This document shows positions 12,523-27,739 of a DNA stretch of 64,000 bases, one piece after another. The notes beneath the pieces were generated by a model. It was not told where the DNA came from and made no database searches. It saw only the letters and a list, made by a program, of their open reading frames with translations. The stretch's first letter is position 1; every line of letters starts with the position of its first letter. Origin of the DNA: Octopus vulgaris (Eukaryota); contig OX597832.1 in the NCBI GenBank assembly GCA_951406725.2, positions 6,138,001 through 6,202,000 on the forward strand, read 5' to 3'. Made by a program: the position numbers and the translations under genes.

Positions 12523-12650
12523 CAGACTGAAAGATTTCTGCGTAATGAGAAAAAAAGAAAAAGTATGTGATATGTGAGGGGAGAGTACTTGTGTGTGTGG
12601 TGTTAAAAGGAGAGTCTGAATAAGAGATTGAGGGAGAGAAATTTGAGTAT

Positions 12651-12701
<51 letters not shown>

Positions 12702-12775
12702 TGTGTAATAGATTGAAGAAATTCATTAGTGATGTTTGCAAGAAAGAGAAAAATTTGTGTGTGATATGAAACAGA

Positions 12776-12814
<39 letters not shown>

Positions 12815-13468
12815 ATAGAGAAAGCGTGAGGGAGAGAGAACATGTATGTATGTGTGAGATAGATAAATAAAATGCATGTGTACTGTATGTGAGAAGGAGA
12901 AATGAGTGAAATTGTGTGTAATGTGAGAGAGGAAGAGAAAAAGAGAAAGAGAGAGACAGAGACAGAGAGAGAGGGAGAAAGAGAGAGAGAGAGAGAAAAT
13001 GTATGTGTGTGTATGCGTGTTCGTGGTTGCAGATGTATGTGAGAATTATCGACTTTGAAACTTCAATACGATTTCCTAATTCTTAGCATTGTTTCTGATG
13101 CAATCTTAATGCAACTTTCTGTCTACTGATATAATCTTGCGCTTTATGCACGATTAATGCCTGGCATTCTCTTCTCCTAAGTTTTCTATTTTATATGAAT
13201 CTCAATGTTAACACTTGCGTCATTTAACACTTACCTCTAACCTATCTCACCTAAGAATTATGTTATACTAGTATACCCGTATCTTCAAAAATGCTGACAG
13301 TTCTATTAATGGTAGAAAATGGTGAATCAAAATAATGGAAGAAACCACTGAAAAATGTCAGCAGTCGAGTAAATATATGTACATACACAAAACTGAAGCA
13401 TTTCAACAGATACATTTGTAATGTCTTCGTTGAAAATATTATGGTCCACGTCATATCTATCAACGTAA

Positions 13469-13583
<115 letters not shown>

Positions 13584-13863
13584 GACTGTCTATATATATA
13601 TATGTATGTATATGTATATATACATATATATATATGCATATATATATATATATATCTACACACCCCACCCTTGCTTTTCCCACTCTCACCTCCCCACCTC
13701 CCAACACCCTCACACCTACATATACACACACGTACATATCAAGATCACCAGCCCTCTTCCACACGCACATACAAACTCTCTTATACACACGCACGCGCAC
13801 TTTCGTGTTGGGATCACCACCACTTTATTCTCTCCCCTTCTCCCTAGCTCTCCTGTATGACCA

Positions 13864-14055
13864 TTTTATTTATATCGCTGCATTTCTAGTTAGAATCTAA
13901 ATTTCTACTTTATTTTATACTATCAGCATAACCTTGCCTTATGCGTTTATCTTTTGCTTATTTATTAAATACTGTGTTCCTTTCTGTAGAAGAGCGTAGG
14001 CTCGAAACGTTAAAGACTTTTTCACTTCCAGAGCGTTTTTGTGAATTCTCCTTAT
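13864..14055 (+). mobile_element. Penelope-like terminal-repeat fragment ending in TA-rich microsatellite (includes copy 2 of the 116-bp repeat)
   Basis: gttcctttctgtagaagagcgtaggctcgaaacgttaaagac...gagcgtt; a homologous copy lies on the minus strand at 58035-58165. The Penelope assignment is inferred from the GAAGA-hairpin-GAAACG motif and the TA context. Confidence 0.45.
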
Positions 14056-14148
14056 ATATACATACATACATACATACATATACATATACGATACATATAT
14101 ATATATACACACACGTATACATATACATATACACGTATGTATATCTAC

Positions 14149-14196
<48 letters not shown>

Positions 14197-14198
14197 TA

Positions 14199-14261
<63 letters not shown>

Positions 14262-14486
14262 ATACATACATATACGTATACATGTATGGTATGTATGTAG
14301 TATATACATACTCTTTTGCTTGTCTCAGTCATTTGACTGCGGCCATGCTAGAACGCCAAGAGTTATTCTTTTTAAGCCTAGTACTTATTCCATCGGTGAA
14401 TTTTGTCAAACCTCTAAGTTACGGGGACGTAAACACACCAACAGCAGTTGTCTAGCGATGGTGTGGAGACAAACACAGACACAAAT

Positions 14487-14517
<31 letters not shown>

Positions 14518-14590
14518 CATACATACATACATACATACATACATACATACAAATACATACATACATATATATCCGTCGTATATATATATC

Positions 14591-14626
<36 letters not shown>

Positions 14627-15110
14627 GACGGACTTCTTTTAGTTCCCGTCTACCAAATCGAGTCATTTATATATATAAATATTTAAATGGAACAAAAACG
14701 CAATAGAGGACATTAAAGCGTTCGGACAGAGAGACGATACAAAGGCGGACAAGAGAAACAACAATTAGAAGGACAGGCAAAAAAAAAAAGACGGGTCATT
14801 CGCGGTTTTCTTTCCTAAGTCAAGTTTCAGAAGCCACGACCATTTCGGGCACTTACACTTGAGATGGTTCGATCTGGCTGCCCCACAAAAGTTTAAGCTA
14901 AGAGCATTAGACCGCTTTGTAAGAAAGCTAGCGAATGTGTATGGCAACAAAGACAAAAAACAAATAAACAAACAAAAAAAACAGAGAACATGGTACACAA
15001 TTACGAATATAACAACAAGAAATAACAACAGGTGACTTTCGATTGAGAACGAATCAAATTGAGCCGGCGTGTATGAAGTGAAGGCCTAAAGGCAGGAAAT
15101 AGTAGATGGA

Positions 15111-15145
<35 letters not shown>

Positions 15146-15234
15146 ATATATATATACAGACAGACACACACGCATACATCTACAACCTGCTTGTAGTTCC
15201 TTGACTTCGACTTTGCTTTCTGTAAGTTGGAACT

Positions 15235-15273
<39 letters not shown>

Positions 15274-15429
15274 GACAAAAATACATACATACATACATAC
15301 ATACATGCATACATACATGTACACATTCATTTATATATATTTACTTACATATATGTATATATACCTACATTCCTACATACATACATACGTACATACATAC
15401 ATACATACATACATACATACATACATACA

Positions 15430-15460
<31 letters not shown>

Positions 15461-15601
15461 GGTGCACTTCCTTCAGTTTCCGTCTACCAACTCAACTCGC
15501 AGGGATTTGTTCGAACCTGGGCTAAAGTATAAGACACTTGCTCAAGAACCTGTCCACGCCTGTACATGTATGTATGTGTGTGTGTACATATATATGTATC
15601 A

Positions 15602-15689
<88 letters not shown>

Positions 15690-15694
<5 letters not shown>

Positions 15695-16340
15695 CATGTT
15701 TTGGTTATTATAAATCTTCCACTGAGGAGAAAGTGGGTTTCCAACAAAGATATAAGGCTCCGTCTTTGGGATGTAGTTAACACAGACAAATTCACATTTC
15801 AGAAAAGTCTTGCATATTTTTACTGTTCCACTCGCAGATTGCACTTGTAATGTACGAATTAGCCGGTTCTTTTCTATTTCTGAAAATCCCAGTTTATCTA
15901 GATTCTCCTTTAAGCATCTACTAACAAAACTTAGTGCTCCAATTGTTATTGGTATGAATATGAATTCATAGTCTGGATATAGAAGCTGGAGGTTTCGAAG
16001 CAGTTGTCCATAGACATCCTGTTTCCCTATGATTTTCAGAGAAATATTTATATCTGCAGGGCAGCTGACCTCTATGACAGTACATACCTTTACCCCTCAG
16101 TCCCAAACAAAAATGTTTATATTTGACAGAAGTTTTGATGGGAATATTCCACCAGTATTCCTTGAATTGGTGTTTATGAATGCATTCCATAACAGGGATT
16201 TTCTAAGTTTAATTCAGGACAGTCTTTTTGATGGATGGCCTTGTAAATTGTTTTAGCGACGACATCGTGCCGCATAGGGAGGTAGTACCGTGATGACATT
16301 TTAGGACAGCTGCTAATCACATGCGTGATGTCTCTCACAG
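15690..16340 (-). mobile_element. R4/Dong-type LINE 3' fragment (end of CCHC, RLE region, C-terminus)
   Basis: ORF track: RDITHVISSCPKMSSRYYLPMRHDVVAKTIYKAI, KEYWWNIPIKTSVKYKH and MQSASGTVKICKTFLK. Flanked by (TG)n and (TATG)n. Confidence 0.8.
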
Positions 16341-18422
16341 AAACATGTATGTAGCATGCATACATGTATGTATATATGAATACACACACACACACGTATG
16401 TAGGTATGCACGTATGTATATATGTATTTATATATGTATGTATATGTGAATACAAACACATGAACATACACACACATATGTATATGGTTTACATATGCTA
16501 CGTAAGCGATAATACTTTGAAAACAAGAGTTTAATATTTAATTTCATATATATTCATGTAGAGGGCGGGGAGGTGAAATCGATAAAATAAATATAATTTA
16601 CGGTAAAAATTTAGTTTAGCCTTTAGCATCTCTGACTGTCATTCACTCCCACTCCATTGCGAGCGGAATGAAACTATCAAAAAGAAAAGACAAGCAGACC
16701 GGTTTAGTAGAAACGCTGTTGCAGCAAGAGAATGGAATTGGATTTTGATCACTTAAAAAACTATTTCATAAAGCATTATGAGACAAATGATAAAGAATAA
16801 ACGATTCTAGCTCGTATCGAATGATGGGAAAAGCATAAGTCTTAAAAAGTCGAAACATATTCAAACGGCTTCAAACGCTAAAGTGTATATACACAAAGAT
16901 ACGTTACGTATTATATATATTGATAATCGAATAAATATTGCGCAAAACTTGTGTCCAATATAAACTACGACTTGAATGTATAAGCCTGCTGTCTATTTTC
17001 AACATTGTGACCTTGTTATAGCCGTATATTCTGGAATTTTTGCGTACATATAATTTACTTATATTCCAACCAATTCAAAATATTTTTGATTCATGTTGAT
17101 ATGACAATCGTTTGATTTTGACATATTTCCTTTGATATTCTTCAATTACCTAACCTTATCCAGATTTCTACGATGGCTTTCACACATTTTTAATTACTTA
17201 ATGATAATAATTAGCCATACCGATTAAGAGAAATGTAATCAGTCAATGTAACAGCAAAATAGAATCTGTTCACCATTTCATCCAAAATTGTATTTTTACG
17301 AATATTATATACAATGAATAAGGCTGCGAGCTGGCAGAAGCGTTAACACGTCGAACAAATTGTTTAGTGGCATTTCGTTCGTCTGAGTTCAAACTCCGCC
17401 GAGGTCGACTTTACCGTTTTTCCTTTCGGGGTCGATAAAATAAGTAATCGACTTACCCTCCCCTCAAAAACTTCTGGCCCTGTGACAAAATTTGAAGCCT
17501 TTATCCTCAATAAATATTTATATATGAGATCATTTTATTCCACTATTAACAATAAGACTTGATACAGCGGAATGAGAACGCCATAGTTTTCGATTCATTG
17601 AGATGGTAAGAATAATTTGAATTCATCTGTCTTTTGACATCGAATGTTTGTAATCACGAAATGCTCGACAATCATTTCAATTCATCCCGAAGGAGAAAGC
17701 TTCTTGAATCATTTTATGTGTATCGAATCAAATAAATGTTCGATTTTATGCTACGTTTCGCCAGTTTTTATAATCAAAATCAGAAAAAAAACATAAAATT
17801 ACCTAAGTTTGATGTTATTCGCATATATAAATCCAATCAATTTTATACGATCATAGATCATGATATATATATTTCAGATCTCAGTTTTGACTCAGTTCAA
17901 TTACATATAGATTTATTGAGGAATTTAAGTGAATCGTGCACGAAAATATTCTCGTTGTGGTTGAGGAATATTTATTTCTATTATTTCTATTGTTGTATTA
18001 ACCCATTTCCGACTTTTGTTTAATGTTAAATTTTGAATAGTAAAGCACTACAGACTTTAGACTTACATCAAAGAGATGATATTTCATTTTAACAGTTCGA
18101 CCTTTTCGATACTCTTGGAATCTTGTTTACTGGTAATACCTAGTTATATAATAAAGGAAAAGTTAGTTTTCCGTCTAATAACTGCACTTTTGCCCGCTGA
18201 TACTTTGCCTACCACATGCCTACGTGTTATGTTAATATACACATGTAGTTTTCTCAGTAAAAAATTATATGTATACACATACACATGCACCACACACACA
18301 CGCGCGCGCGCGCGCGCGCAGTACGATAGTTCTGTCAGATAGACAGCGAAAGGGAGAAAAAGAGAGGTACAGACCCTGTGGCTTCAGGTTCGTCCCTCTA
18401 TGCGTTCGCTTAAACAAACGTT

Positions 18423-18655
18423 AAGGCGGCGAGCTGGCAGAAACGTTAGCACACCGGGCGAAATGCTTAGCAGTATTGCGTCTGTCGTTGCGTTCTGAGT
18501 TCAAATTCCGCCGAGGTCGACTTTGCCTTTCATCCTTTCGGGGTCGATAAATTAAGTACCAGTTACGCACTGGAATCGATGTAATCGACTTAATCTGTTT
18601 GTCTGTCCTTGTTTGTCCCCTCTGTGTTTAGCCCCTTGTGGGTAGTAAAGAAACA
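18423..18655 (+). mobile_element. tRNA-derived SINE family B, near-consensus copy
   Basis: aaggcggcgagctggcagaaacgttagc...gagttcaaattccgccgaggtcgactttgcctttcatcctttcggggtcgataa. Over 20 copies or fragments in the window (e.g. 11958, 17321, 21273, 23440-24075, 26225, 32270-33350, 41535, 43595, 45600, 53393, 56327-56955, 58755, 59399, 61290-61890). The core resembles, from memory, the Meta/MESC SINE domain. Confidence 0.85.
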
Positions 18656-18859
18656 GTTATACTATAGCTACGAGCCGACCAATGCTTTCTGAGTGTATTT
18701 AGTCGGTGTAAAGCGCGTGTGTGGTCGGGGAATGTACAGGTTTGTGCATTTCCCCGCAACTTAGCACTTAGGTAAAAGCAAACAGGTAAATACCAGGATT
18801 AAGGACTTAAAAGAAATAGGAAGGTCGATCTGATCGAATAAGTGGCATCAATAACTGAG

Positions 18860-19130
18860 TTCAATTCCTGACGACGCGTGGTGTCCTCGAGCAAAACACT
18901 TTATTTAATGTTGCTCCCGTCTACTCAGCTGGCGAAAATGAGTTGTACCTGTATTTCAAAGGGCCAGCCTTGTCACATTTTGTGTCGCGCTGAATCTCCC
19001 CGAGAACTACGTTAAGGGTGCGTGTGTCTGTGGAGTACTCCGCTCCTTGTACGTTAATTTCACGAGCAGGCTTTTCCGTTGATTGGATCAACTGGAACAT
19101 TAGTAGTCGTAACCGACAGATTGCCAATTA
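18860..19130 (+). mobile_element. SINE family C copy
   Basis: gtgtcctcgagcaaaacactttatttaatgttgctc...ttcaaagggccagccttgtcac...aaccgacagattgcca. Homologues at 19860-20100 and 37530-37710. Confidence 0.75.
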
Positions 19131-20924
19131 TGATATATATATGTGTTTGCGTGTATGTATGTATGTATGTATGTATGTATGTATGTATGTATGTATGTAT
19201 GTATGCATGCATGCATGCATGTATGTATGTATGTATGTATGTATGTATGTATGTATGTATGTATAAAGAACAAATTATTTCTAAATCGACAATAATGACA
19301 AATGGACGCCGATAATTACTCAACCAAAATTATCGATAAACGATCTTGTTAAATTAGACGCCATTAATTTTTTTTCTTGTATAGAGGAATTAAACTAACG
19401 CCTTTATTTCTCCGAGTTATCTCCTTATTAGACTTCCCTCCCGATTTCATTCATCACAAAAACCCAGTTCTTTGCGTCACTTTATATTCAGCCTTTGATG
19501 TAACAATGTTTGTACAGTTACTGGGAATGGAAGCTCGAACACACCCAATCTGAAATCTATTTTTAGTTGCGTTGATCGATATTATACGGGTTGCTTTCCT
19601 CGGTGTGTGTTTTATTCTTATTGAACAACCATCAGATTGCGTAAATTAAAATCTCATCATGGAAAAAAAAACCACGCAAATAATTCTATGGTCGAAATAC
19701 TAAATGTACGGAAAGTAACTGCAAGCAAATAGACTGACTATAACATAAAACATGCCAGGACTGTTCCTACCGATTTGACTTTAAGCAATATATTAGGGTG
19801 GGTCAAAAGTCCTACACCAAGATTAAAACTCATTTGATATTTCTTGCACGTGAATAGCGCGTTCTGTCCTTGTACAAGACACTTTATTTTTCGTTGTCCC
19901 AGTTCACACAAATGGCAAAAATCAGTAGTACCTTTATTTCAAAGGGCCAGCCTTGTCACATTCTGTGTCACGCAGAATATCTCTGAGAACTACATTAAGA
20001 GAACACGCGTCTGTGGAGACTCAGTCACTTTGCACGTTAATTTCACGAGCAGGTTGATCGAATCAACTGGAACACAGATCGTCGTAACAGACGGAGTACC
20101 AGTTATATTTATGAACAAAAAAACCTTACGAACTCATACCTCCATATTTTCAGTATTGCTGTGAAAGTAGGTCCACGAAGCCCTTTTCGCTAGCTTAGGA
20201 TAAGAATTGAACCAGGTGGTTATTAAGATTCACACATATCCTTCGCCCAAACTATCACTAAAGGCTAAACTAAAAATAGCCTCATGGCTTCTCCAACTAT
20301 GATTTGAGGTAATCAATTTTTCCGGTATGTTCATTTAACTACATCTCATTGAAGAACACTTATGAAAGAATTCCGATGAAATTAAAAGCTAAAATTTGAC
20401 CTTAGTCTGTTCTAAATTAATTATTAAACTGATATTTGAAGTGTATAAAGGTCGATTTTAGACATAAGCTCTTATTGATACTTTAGATAGCAGTTTGTAT
20501 ACTTACGTATCAAGAGACTATATTTTTAATTAAATTACTGATTACCATCTTCGCCAGTTTTCATTATTGTCAATGTTTAATAATAGGTCAATCCCGATCA
20601 AGTAGGTCTATGATCAAAAAGCGTTCCAACTATGACTATCCTGTTTTTATTTAATACATAATCTATCGAGGAATATTATAATTAATGTGCTATGGTTTTT
20701 TCAAAACAGCAGAGAGTGAATTAGGAATATTTCACGGCTATTTTTAGTCGATTTATTGACTACATAAAGGCTCCTTCTTATACGTTTATGTAATGTCACA
20801 ATGATTTAGAAATTTCTCTTTCAGAAAAATTGAGTCAATCAATTTACCGAAATATAACGGCAGGTAGAGTTGATATGATGTCAGACTGTTGAAGTTTTAT
20901 ACAATGGCAGACAAGTTAAAGTGA

Positions 20925-21140
20925 GGCCGTCCAGCGTAGTTGCTCGACCTACTACAACAAATAAAAATCGAATTTCCTTCAAACCACATCCTGTCGTCTC
21001 TAAATAAGGAAAGGTCACATTGGATAATGTGGTTCTAGATACACTATACCTGACTAAAAGATGCGATAGTTATGGCCGAAATGTCTTTGATCATAGATGA
21101 TCTGCTTAATCTGGTATCACTTGGGTCCTAACTATCATGA
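20925..21140 (+). repeat. Interspersed repeat family D (probable SINE/LINE tail)
   Basis: gtagttgctcgaccta...cacattggataatgtg...gccgaaatgtctttgatcatag. Similar sequence at 41115-41330(+), 27590-27680(+) and 20570-20780(-). Confidence 0.55.
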
Positions 21141-24100
21141 TAACATAAATCAATTAATTAATCAATCATCCACTAATGTTGCGCTGTGTCTAAGACTGTG
21201 ACACTTAACACCTGCAAGTTAATAGATCTAGCTGTAAATTGGTATTGACAGTAAGTTTTGTTAGCTCCTATAAAGGCGGTGAGCTGACAGAATCGTTAGA
21301 GCGTGAGGCTAAAATGCTTTCTGGCTTTTTACATTTTAAGTTCAACTTTCACAGCGACAGATGTTTTATTTATTTATTTTTTTTTTGCCTACTTTCGGGG
21401 ACGATAAAATTATACAAGTTCGGCACTGAAGTTTATGCAATCGACTTACTCTCCCAACCACTAAGATTGCTGGCCTTATGTTAAAATTTGAAATCATTGT
21501 TTGTTTTTGTAAGACAACGTGGAGAGAACCCCTTACTAGAGGGTCAAATTTCATCCCATCGAATTTTGAAACATTCCTTTGAAGTTTCTAAGACTCCATA
21601 TGAAAAACTTGTGCAAACCTTAAGACCAAAATATCAATTTAGTATAAGTTTCGTACCTTTAAACTTATGAAAGTAAAAGTTCTTTTATTTTTGTATAGAT
21701 GCGTCCACGTAAGTTCTTATACATTTGTAATTCGAGTCTCACGCTAAAAACCTTTCTGAGTTTAAGCTAAATTCATCGATTACTTTTATTTTGAATCAGT
21801 TTAATATTACTAATCTTGAGCCCAAGGTCAAGTTACGGGCTGAGATCCTAGAAACCTGGATTCGGGCTCCTCAAGCAGTCTGACGTAACTAATTAACTAA
21901 ACCTAGATAGTTGCTTCAATGAAGTTAGAATTTATCTTATCTTCAAATCTTTTAAGTTTGTACTTTAGAAATGAGGGTATTATCATCCACATACTCAAGT
22001 GACATTGGAGCTAGACGAGACAGGATACTTTAGTGTTATCTTTTTAACCATTGTTCCAAGTTCAAATGCCACTTGAATAAATTTTGTCTTTCATTCATTT
22101 CTTCCACAGAGTTTAAAACCTGAAACTCGTGTGATGTGTCAAAGCTGGTAATATACAGTTTGGCAGACAGAAATTGATGGGTGTTTAAAATTCGGTCGTA
22201 GCAAACGTGAGAGGCTATTGTAACACTACGGTTTCAAAGAATTCGTGGTGTGTTTAACAGTTAATTAACAACTATCCAAAGCGAAATGTATTTGGAGTAA
22301 GCACTAATTTTCTTTATTTCAAGCAAGGACTTAAATTTATAGCGTGAAGCAAATAAGGCATAGTGAGCTGGCAGAATCGTTACCATTGTTCAACGATATT
22401 TCATCCAGCTCTTTAGCCTGTCATGGTCGACTTTACTTTTCATCCTCTCGGAATAGATTTAATAAGTACTAGTTGAACACTGGGGATTAATGTAATTTAT
22501 TTTACTCTTCCTCTTAAAATTACTGGTCATGTACTAAAATTTGAAAGAAATATTTATATTACTGTTTTCTGCTTATTTTCAAAATAATGTTCCCAACCAT
22601 AGACATGTTAGAAAAGGAATTTAATGAAAACGTAATTTGAATACTGTCAGTTTAGCTTTATATGTTTTTTTTTAAATGCTTTTGACTCTCGAACTACTTT
22701 TACTGACATGAAAAAATGAAAATACACTGCTGTGTTTTTTAAATCTAAATTAATTTTGTTTTCTAAGCTATATTCCACATAGGAACTAGCATAGAGCAGG
22801 TATTTATGGTGGAATAAATAACAATTCAATCATACTGTTAATGATTTTATATGAATAGGCACAATGATAATTCTTCTGTTACCTCCTTTCTCTTCATCTT
22901 ATAAATATTCATCTCCTGTGTTGCCAGTAGACCACAAATATGTAATAGAGAAACGTAAGTGTATGGAACAATCGTAACACATAACTGATTTGATCGATCA
23001 CTGAATTAAATCAAGCAAAATCGCTCATGAATTTGGAGAAGTTTGTGTACCATGATGTGAAAGAGTTGGAACTGTAAGAATTCTCGTCTCGCCACGGAAA
23101 ATGCATTTATTCAATATTTAGTTCAGTGTTCTACTGACTTTCCTTTTTGCCTTCTACATAGAGATAAATATATCAATATATGGCGGCTTGAGGAAACTGA
23201 ATAGAAACAAGACCCGTAAACCTTTATGATATAAAATTTATAAATGAAACGACAAAAAGGTTAGATAAATAATGTGTAAAACAATTTGAAGTATTATCAT
23301 CAAAAATAAAATGTAAAGACATAAATCTCATGTTGAGTGTAGAGATGTTTTAGTATGTGGATCGTTTCCCTTTGAAAAATCATTGTCTAGCCATTTACTC
23401 TTTCTGCCAAATCTCCTACTGTTGATACAACAATAACGATGATTGCAAATTTTGGTACAAGGCCAGCAATTCCTGGGGAGGGTACAAGTAGATTACATCG
23501 ACTTCATTACTTGACTAGAAGATTATTTTTTTCAGCTCTGAGAGAATAACAAGCGGAATTAACTTGTCATGATTTTAATTTGGAGCTCAGAGTATTGGAA
23601 CGAATTTCGCAAAACACTCCATACGACGCTCTAATGACTCTGCCTATTTGCAGCCTTTGCAACAGCAGCAAAAATAATGATTTCAAATTTTGGCACAAAG
23701 CCAGCAATTTTAAGAGGGGTGGGCATATCGATTATATCGACCCCGAAATGGTGAAGGACAAAGTCGACCACTCAGAACATAAAGGGTCGGATGAAATATT
23801 GCTAAGTATTTTGCCTGACCCGTTAACGATTATGTCAGCTCGCAACCTTCAATCCTTCCTACCATATGCACAAAGCCTGAAATTTTTCGGTGAGGGTGGT
23901 TAAATCGATTACATCGATCCCAGTACTTGACTGGTATTTATTTTATCGACCCCGAGAGGATGAAAGGTAAAATCTACCTCGACGAAATTTGAACTCAGGT
24001 CGTAAAGAACCAGAAGAAATACCACTAAGTATTTAGTCCAACTCGCTAACGGTTCAGCCATCTCGTCACCCTAACGATAACAATAATAAATACGAAGAAA

Positions 24101-25469
24101 TATGGAATTTTGTGACTTTCATGTCTTCTCAAAATGGTTACAAAGGGAGTTGAAACCGCATCGCAGTCTTAGCTGTCGTGAGCATAGCTCATCGACTGTC
24201 AAATAATAAGCTACGAGAAACCAATAACAGGATAATCAGAATATAATAACATTCAGTAAACATATGCAATAACTGAAACCTTATCCGCAAATCAACAAAA
24301 TATTCTCATCACTTCTCCGTTGCAATACTTTGCTTCATATTTAAATAAACTGAAGCAGTAATATTAATAAACAATAAATAACTTGAATTTACGTCACGAC
24401 ATTTTATTGTGGGTTCCGGAAGTTAATACTGTCGTCTGCTTTTTTCAAATAATAACGTCTGCCAATATTTCTTGTCTTTGTTCGGTCGATTCATGCTATT
24501 ATGTGGTGTCATATTTCCTTGTGCTAAATTCAAGAAACTGAGATTATAAAACATCGAATTCTGTAGGAAATGTATAAATCCACTAGTTGAATTGAAGGAA
24601 ATTACAGATTGTGCACACATGCCGGGACGGATGCAGAAAATAAAATATGTAGAAAGACAACAGAAGATTGAAATTAAGTTTCATTGTTATTTCAAATATC
24701 AACTTCCTTTCGATCGAAATATTCATTAATTAACATTCAGTCAAAGCAAAGTTGATAGAGTAGTATGACTAATAAAGCCCCCCCCCCTCCTTCAACGGTT
24801 ATGCCACTAACTTGTTTTGCAGTGTTTAGTATCGTTTCTTTACATAAATATTACAATGTTGTAGGAATCGATGGTCCTTTCATCATCCCTGAAAATAAGT
24901 AACAGGTGTATACTGAGGCGTTGCAATAGAACACGCTACCACCCTTACAAAATAAACATTGTGCACAATCATTAAATATGATTAGTACGTTTCATTTATA
25001 CTACTTGTAAAATTATATTAATCAATAGCAGCCTGCTGTCGTCAGATTCTACATTTAGCACAAATATATTATGTTATCAAATTAATGAATAACGTCAATG
25101 TGAGAGGCATGAATGATATATTGTTTCCTATAATGTATCCGTTCACTGAGAAAGCAAGAACAATATATGATCATTTATTCAAGAAACCTGCCTAGGAAAC
25201 ATATCGATTTGAGGTGGTGCAGATATTCCTAGAAATAAATCCAGAGGTCTTAACAATCAGTATTTGTTAACTGTTAACATACCGAGGATTTTTGTTAAGG
25301 ATTAGAAGCGTGACAGAGCTCTTTGTCATTGGCGTAGGATAAAATGAATTGTTTTCGACTGGGAATCGAAAACGCATCGTGAATTCGATGCTGGTTAAAT
25401 TTAAGATACCTTGTCTTAAAACTCAGAAAACTAAAACAATCCAAACAATTTAATTACCATTATGATTAT

Positions 25470-25520
<51 letters not shown>

Positions 25521-25621
25521 AGCTCGGTACTTATCCTATCGGTGACTTTTGCCGAACAGCTACGTTACGGGCACATACACACACCACCACTGGTTTTCAA
25601 GCGAAAATGAGGGACAGACAG

Positions 25622-25689
<68 letters not shown>

Positions 25690-25875
25690 ACACACACATA
25701 TATATATATATTTATATACGATGGGCTTCTTTCAGTTTTCGTCTATCAAATCCACTCGCAAGGTTTTGGTCGACCCGCGGCTATAGTAGAAGGCACTTGC
25801 CCAAAGTACCATACAGTGGGTCTGAATCTGGGACCATATGGTTGAGAAGCAAACTTTATAGCGCACAACCACGCC

Positions 25876-25918
<43 letters not shown>

Positions 25919-25935
25919 GTAGATAGGTAGATAGG

Positions 25936-26015
<80 letters not shown>
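25876..26015. repeat. (GATA)n microsatellite
   Basis: Directly visible. Confidence 0.95.
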
Positions 26016-26016
<1 letters not shown>

Positions 26017-26779
26017 TCGAAACTTGCCCATTTATCAACCTCACTTATAAAGTAAAACTGTAGAAATTTTTATTAGTAATAATTTGAAGCACAAAACAAA
26101 ATCTCATCAACAAGTTCCTTTAGATCTTCAGTCTAATATGCTTAAATGGTAAAGCATTAGATTGATATCCTAAGATCTTGGTTTCTATGAACAACATAAT
26201 TTATAGTAATAGATATTTGTTGTAAGCAGGGAGAATCTTTAGCGCACCGAACACCTCTTTCCGTTCTGAATTCAAATTCAATCGAGGTCAACTTTGCCTT
26301 TCATACTTTCTAGATCGATAAAATAGAGTAGCATCTGAGACCAATGTAATCGACGAACCACTCCTCTGAGATTTCTTGCCTTGTGCCAAAATTTGAAACA
26401 ATATATATATACTGTCATTAATGTGAGAAAATGTTCTTAAAGTTTACCAAAATAATCAACTTAAATGCTGGATAGAGAAGAAAACTTACTGCAAGTCAAA
26501 AGTAATTTAAAATATACTACGTTCTTTTGACTTTAATATAATTATACACCTGTCTTTCACATATTTTAGTTTTGTCTGAAATATTTATGCCTGCATAAAT
26601 AACAGAGCAAATGTATTGCGGTATTGACAAACACTCTTAGCACCAAATTATTTTTTCAATGAGACATGTCAGGGTTTAGTTAGTACACACGCACAATTCA
26701 GCTGCTGTTCACCCTCATAAAAGAGCAGCCAAGATCCACAAATTACAACCTGAAGTAATGGCCATATTGAACTATACGG

Positions 26780-27482
26780 TATACTTACAGAATTGTGCTC
26801 CTCACTACACACAAGTTTGTTTCCTCATAACTTCCAGAAAAATGGATATTTTTCAATGAAATTTTCAACAAACACGCTTCAGATGGGACAGATTATATAG
26901 GAATTTTTAACGGGTGAAAATCTTTTTCTGAGGGTGTGGAGAGGAGTTTTGGAAAATTTACTCGAGTCGGCTTTGTTTCCTCATAACTTTCAGAAAACGG
27001 AAATTTTCTAATGAAATTTTCTGCAAATACCTTTCAGATGGTGTAGATTACAATTATATCGGAATTTAATGGTCACGTACACACACATGCTGACACACAT
27101 CACATTTTTTAAAGAAATTTCAAGTTTCATTTTGTAAATGTTTGTCAATATGTATGTGTGTGAGCTCATCAATTTTTTTCATATCGAATTCCAATATAAT
27201 CGCAATGTACACACTCTTAAAGGTATTTGTAGAAAATTTCATTAAAAAATACCCATTTTTCTGAAAGTTATGATTAAATAAATCAGACTCGTGCGAATTT
27301 AACGAAACTTCTCACCCCACCATCGGAATATTTTTTCACAAGAGATTCCTATATAACAGTAATCTACATCATTTGAAAGGTATTTTTAGAAAATTTCATT
27401 AAAAGATATCAATTTTTCTTGAAGTTATGAAGAACACTTATGAGGAACAAGTCGATGGGGAACACTTGTATTGGTAATATAC
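26780..27482. mobile_element. Foldback-like non-autonomous DNA element with ~250-bp inverted arms built from ~156-bp subrepeats
   Basis: tttgtttcctcataactt(c/t)cagaaaa...aatgaaatttt at 26816 and 26972; reverse complements aaaatttcatt...ttttctgaaagttatga at ~27232-27275 and ~27390-27436. Confidence 0.7.
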
Positions 27483-27683
27483 AAATGTCAGGTCTGTCAT
27501 GAATGAAACAAGTTATCATAGATTTTCGACTAAAATGGATCTTAGACTATATGACAACGCCAAAGTGTACTTGGAGCTAAACAGATTTCTGAGTGGGCGC
27601 GCGATCTACTAGATATAGCAGCAAATTGCCCCTGAATCACGCGTTACCGTCTAAAATTAGAAAAGGATACATAGATACAAAGA

Positions 27684-27685
<2 letters not shown>

Positions 27686-27739
<54 letters not shown>

